From contig QPGO01000053.1 in NCBI GenBank assembly GCA_008632985.1, forward strand, positions 124,001-188,000: a stretch of DNA of 64,000 bases, written 5' to 3'. The DNA is from Psammoneis japonica. Lineage: Eukaryota. The translations under genes were made by a program, and so were the position numbers. Numbering within the stretch: position 1 is the stretch's first letter; the number at the start of each line of letters is the position of its first letter. This document shows, piece after piece, positions 61,039 through 64,000 of the stretch. The notes under the pieces are model-generated. The model was not told the DNA's origin and searched no databases. It saw nothing but the letters and a program-made list of their open reading frames with translations.

Positions 61039-62415
61039 ATGAACAAGTCCATCATGAATCTTCTCTTTTTCTTGATTGGCATTGACATTTTTGTCTCCTA
61101 CACGAAGCTCACGGCTGATTATTTTCTCCAACAACAAGCGCATGTTTCCGCCATGAATCATTATCACGACGATGCTTTTGTTGTAGCCTCCCAAAAAAAG
61201 TACAGTACTACTCGTTTGGACTATCGTGTTTGTCAAGGTGCCGCCAACGCCAACAACAGCACCGAAATCACACAACGACGCTTTTGTTTGACTTGTAAAA
61301 TGAAATCGTCATTACATCGCCACCATGATGTGAGTTGTGGCAAACGAGCCATGTTTTTGGAACAACGATACAATTACTCGACACCCGAAGAGGCGATTCG
61401 AGCCGTTGTTTCCGAGTCTCCGCAAGACTGTTGCCAACGTATTCCAGAAAAAAGAAAAATAGAGGACGGCGTTCCGGGTGTCGTTGGTGAACATGAAACG
61501 AACGACAACAATGTTACTACGGCTTGGTGCATCTTGGGAGGAAACAACACGCCACCACCCGCCTTTTGTGAGGGATTTTCCCATTCGGCACAAGCCCTTG
61601 TACCGTGTTGGAGCTACGCGTGTCGTGTACGAGAACGTTTGCCAGAAGCTCGTTGCGGAATTTGGTTTCAACCACCCCAAGATTCCGTTTTTTATCGTCA
61701 CTACTTTCAAAACAGTGGCGGTTGGGTGGGTGATTTGATGAGAAAAATGAACTGTTCCTACCATTTTGGAAACGATGCACCGCCCAACATGTCGTCGTCG
61801 TGGTATTATCGACCCGACAATTTGGATTGGAATGAGTGGTTTCAGGATGCATCTGATGCAACTCGTTTGTCCAAGGCTGTATTTGGTAAAGACAATGAAA
61901 ACAGCAACGACAATGATGGCTCTAATCCAAAACTCCGTATTGGCCTCGTGCAACGACGTGGACAGCGCCGCAACATTACCAATTTGCCCGAAATCAAAGA
62001 CCAACTCCAAAACTACTACTCATCGAACGACGCCGTAGTAATTGAGTGGGCAGAAATGGAGGACATGTCATTCATGGAACAAGCCTCGTTTTGGCACCGC
62101 CAAGATGTGGTGGTGGCGGCCCATGGTGCCGCCATGACGAACGCATTGTTCATGAAACGTGGAGCCGCCGCCGTGGAAGTCTTTCCCATTCATTACTACG
62201 TCATGATGTATCAAAGTCTTTGTGAAACCATGGACATTCACCATTTTCCTTATATCGACGAGGGAATTTCGTACCCGGAATATGACTACATCAAGCATGC
62301 GGGAATACGTAAAGTTCGTTATCAATTGAGATCGAATCCACTGACTCCACAGCTGGACCGCATTGTAAATCTGATCCATCAAGCCGTCAATGCAAGCATG
62401 AAGAACAAGGAATAG
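61039..62415 (+). CDS. Glycosyltransferase family 61-like protein
   Basis: 458-aa ORF; RNITNLPE, MSFMEQA..W...DVVVAAHGAAMTNALFM and VEVFP; N-terminal anchor. Confidence 0.85.
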   Translation: MNKSIMNLLFFLIGIDIFVSYTKLTADYFLQQQAHVSAMNHYHDDAFVVASQKKYSTTRLDYRVCQGAANANNSTEITQRRFCLTCKMKSSLHRHHDVSCGKRAMFLEQRYNYSTPEEAIRAVVSESPQDCCQRIPEKRKIEDGVPGVVGEHETNDNNVTTAWCILGGNNTPPPAFCEGFSHSAQALVPCWSYACRVRERLPEARCGIWFQPPQDSVFYRHYFQNSGGWVGDLMRKMNCSYHFGNDAPPNMSSSWYYRPDNLDWNEWFQDASDATRLSKAVFGKDNENSNDNDGSNPKLRIGLVQRRGQRRNITNLPEIKDQLQNYYSSNDAVVIEWAEMEDMSFMEQASFWHRQDVVVAAHGAAMTNALFMKRGAAAVEVFPIHYYVMMYQSLCETMDIHHFPYIDEGISYPEYDYIKHAGIRKVRYQLRSNPLTPQLDRIVNLIHQAVNASMKNKE

Positions 62416-62462
62416 AGATACTACACATGCTGTTTTGTTTTTGCAGCATTTACCAAGGTTCG

Positions 62463-62739
62463 AGGTGCCTTGAACAGGTAGACTGTATCACAAAAAATGA
62501 AGCAGCAGAAGAGGCGCACGCCGCAACCAGCGCCATGGCAGAGGTAACGAGCATGGTGTTGAGTGTCCCGGTATCGCGTTGCAAAATGAGAATGGCAGCC
62601 GGCAGATGTGAGATAGGCCGCAATGACGTCTGGTAACCTTAGCAAAGATCGCAAATTGAAATTCGAAATTTGAATTCGGCGCAACAAAATAACTCCAACG
62701 AACGAAGCAGACAAACTTACCAAACAAACAGTGACGGCG
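62463..62739 (-). pseudogene. Truncated duplicate of the promoter and signal-peptide region of the 58760-59527 gene
   Basis: Direct repeat of 59435-59804 with deletions; encodes MLVTSAMALVAACASSAASFF...* (62554-62450). Confidence 0.85.
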
Positions 62740-62899
62740 GTGATTGCGGTGGTTGTTGATTGTTCATACCATGGTTCAAACATTGTTTCGGATATCATCC
62801 GTACAACGACATCGTCTTCCTGAAGTTGCTTTTTGATAAGATAGTTGTTCTGCTTCAATCAGTACATTACTGCTTGCTGTTTGTTTCTTCTGAGAATCA

Positions 62900-64000
62900 A
62901 TGGCGTTTTTCTGGATCCTCCATCTCGTCCTGTTAGAGGTCGCGCTTGCGTGCACCGACGTCCTTGTAACAAAGGGCGCATCCGAGGATGGATCGGCCAT
63001 GATTGCGTACAACGCTGACTCTGGTTCTCTCATGGGTCTTCTCTATCATTATCCAGCCTCTGAGGGCTTGGGTGGTCAACCAAGAAAGATATACGAGTGG
63101 GATACAGGCGTAAGTCTCGGTTGAGGTATCTTTGTTTCGAGTCAAAGTAGTGTGAGCATCACCCTCAAATTGTTTTCCTGCGTCTTATCTTTTTTCAGAA
63201 ATATCTAGGAACGATCAGCGAGGCAAACAAAACATACAATGTAGTTGGGAACACAAATGAGTACGGACTGTGTATTGGAGAAAGTACGTTTGGTGGTGTT
63301 CCTGAATTGGCGCAACAAACCGGAGCGGTGTTGGATTATGGGAGCGTCATTTACATTACGCTTCAACGCAGTAAAACGGCAAGAGAAGCGATTGAAACCA
63401 TGGTGAAGCTCATGGACACTTATGGATATGCATCGGAAGGAGAATCCTTCTCGATTGCCGATCGTTCTGGTGAAGTATGGATCATGGAAGTGATTGGGAC
63501 GGGAGACAAGTATCCGAGGAAGGGAGCTGTTTGGGTGGCTCGAAAGATTCCTGACGGATATGTGACTGCTCACGCCAATCAGGCTAGAATTACCACTTTT
63601 CCACGCAATGACCCAGAAAACTGCATGTACGCGGAGGACGTTGTTGAAGTTGCGATCAGCTACGGGCTCTATCCACAAGATGCGTCTCCCGATGAATTCT
63701 CCTTTTCAGACGTCTATTGTCCCGTGTCTTTTATGACTGCACGGTTATCTGAAGCTAGGGTCTGGTCCATCTTCAGCCATCTGGCTGACAACGACTCGTC
63801 ATTTGAGCGAGAATACGCAGATTATGCGGCAGGTCGTAATCTCACGAAACGAATGCCACTGTGGATCCAGCCGTACCAAAAGGTTTCGTTGAAAGACCTC
63901 ATGACCGTCATGGCCAGTCACTATGAAGGCACCGAGTTAGCATCGTCCTCTGATGTCGGTGCTGGTCTTTACAGTCTTCCATACCGACCTCGTCCACTCG
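62900..64000 (+). CDS. Peptidase family C69 (dipeptidase), runs off window; intron 63110-63198
   Basis: Signal peptide then catalytic CTDVLVTKGASEDGS..AYNAD; NEYGLCIGESTFGG, LQRSKTAREAI, GESFSIAD and HANQARI. Confidence 0.92.

Overview
Eukaryotic gene-dense DNA, very probably from a pennate diatom (inferred from short ~90-nt GT-AG introns, ASAFAP-type bipartite plastid presequences and diatom-type gene families). Bases 1-12.3 kb are a nest of decayed DNA transposons: a PIF/Harbinger element carrying a Sola2-like element and two copies of a 396-bp MITE (4-bp TSDs). One MITE copy is split by a 4.8-kb CAC...GTG element with a RAG1/Transib/Chapaev-type transposase. The rest holds about 19 host genes plus two further decayed repeat zones (~25.5-29.8 kb, ~59.8-60.45 kb). 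The strongest signal is that all three repeat zones, but no host gene, have almost lost the TpA dinucleotide through TA->CA/TG changes. The direction can be read from duplicated copies and from a TSD, and the surviving TAs are mostly in YTAR context. This looks like a repeat-targeted A:T->G:C hypermutation system, opposite in polarity to fungal RIP. Also notable: a CER1/WAX2-C-terminal plus flavin monooxygenase fusion, and a proteasome alpha subunit and a cyclin that both carry signal peptides. Several host genes have single-base frameshifts that are probably assembly errors. All family calls come from motif recognition by eye, not database searches.
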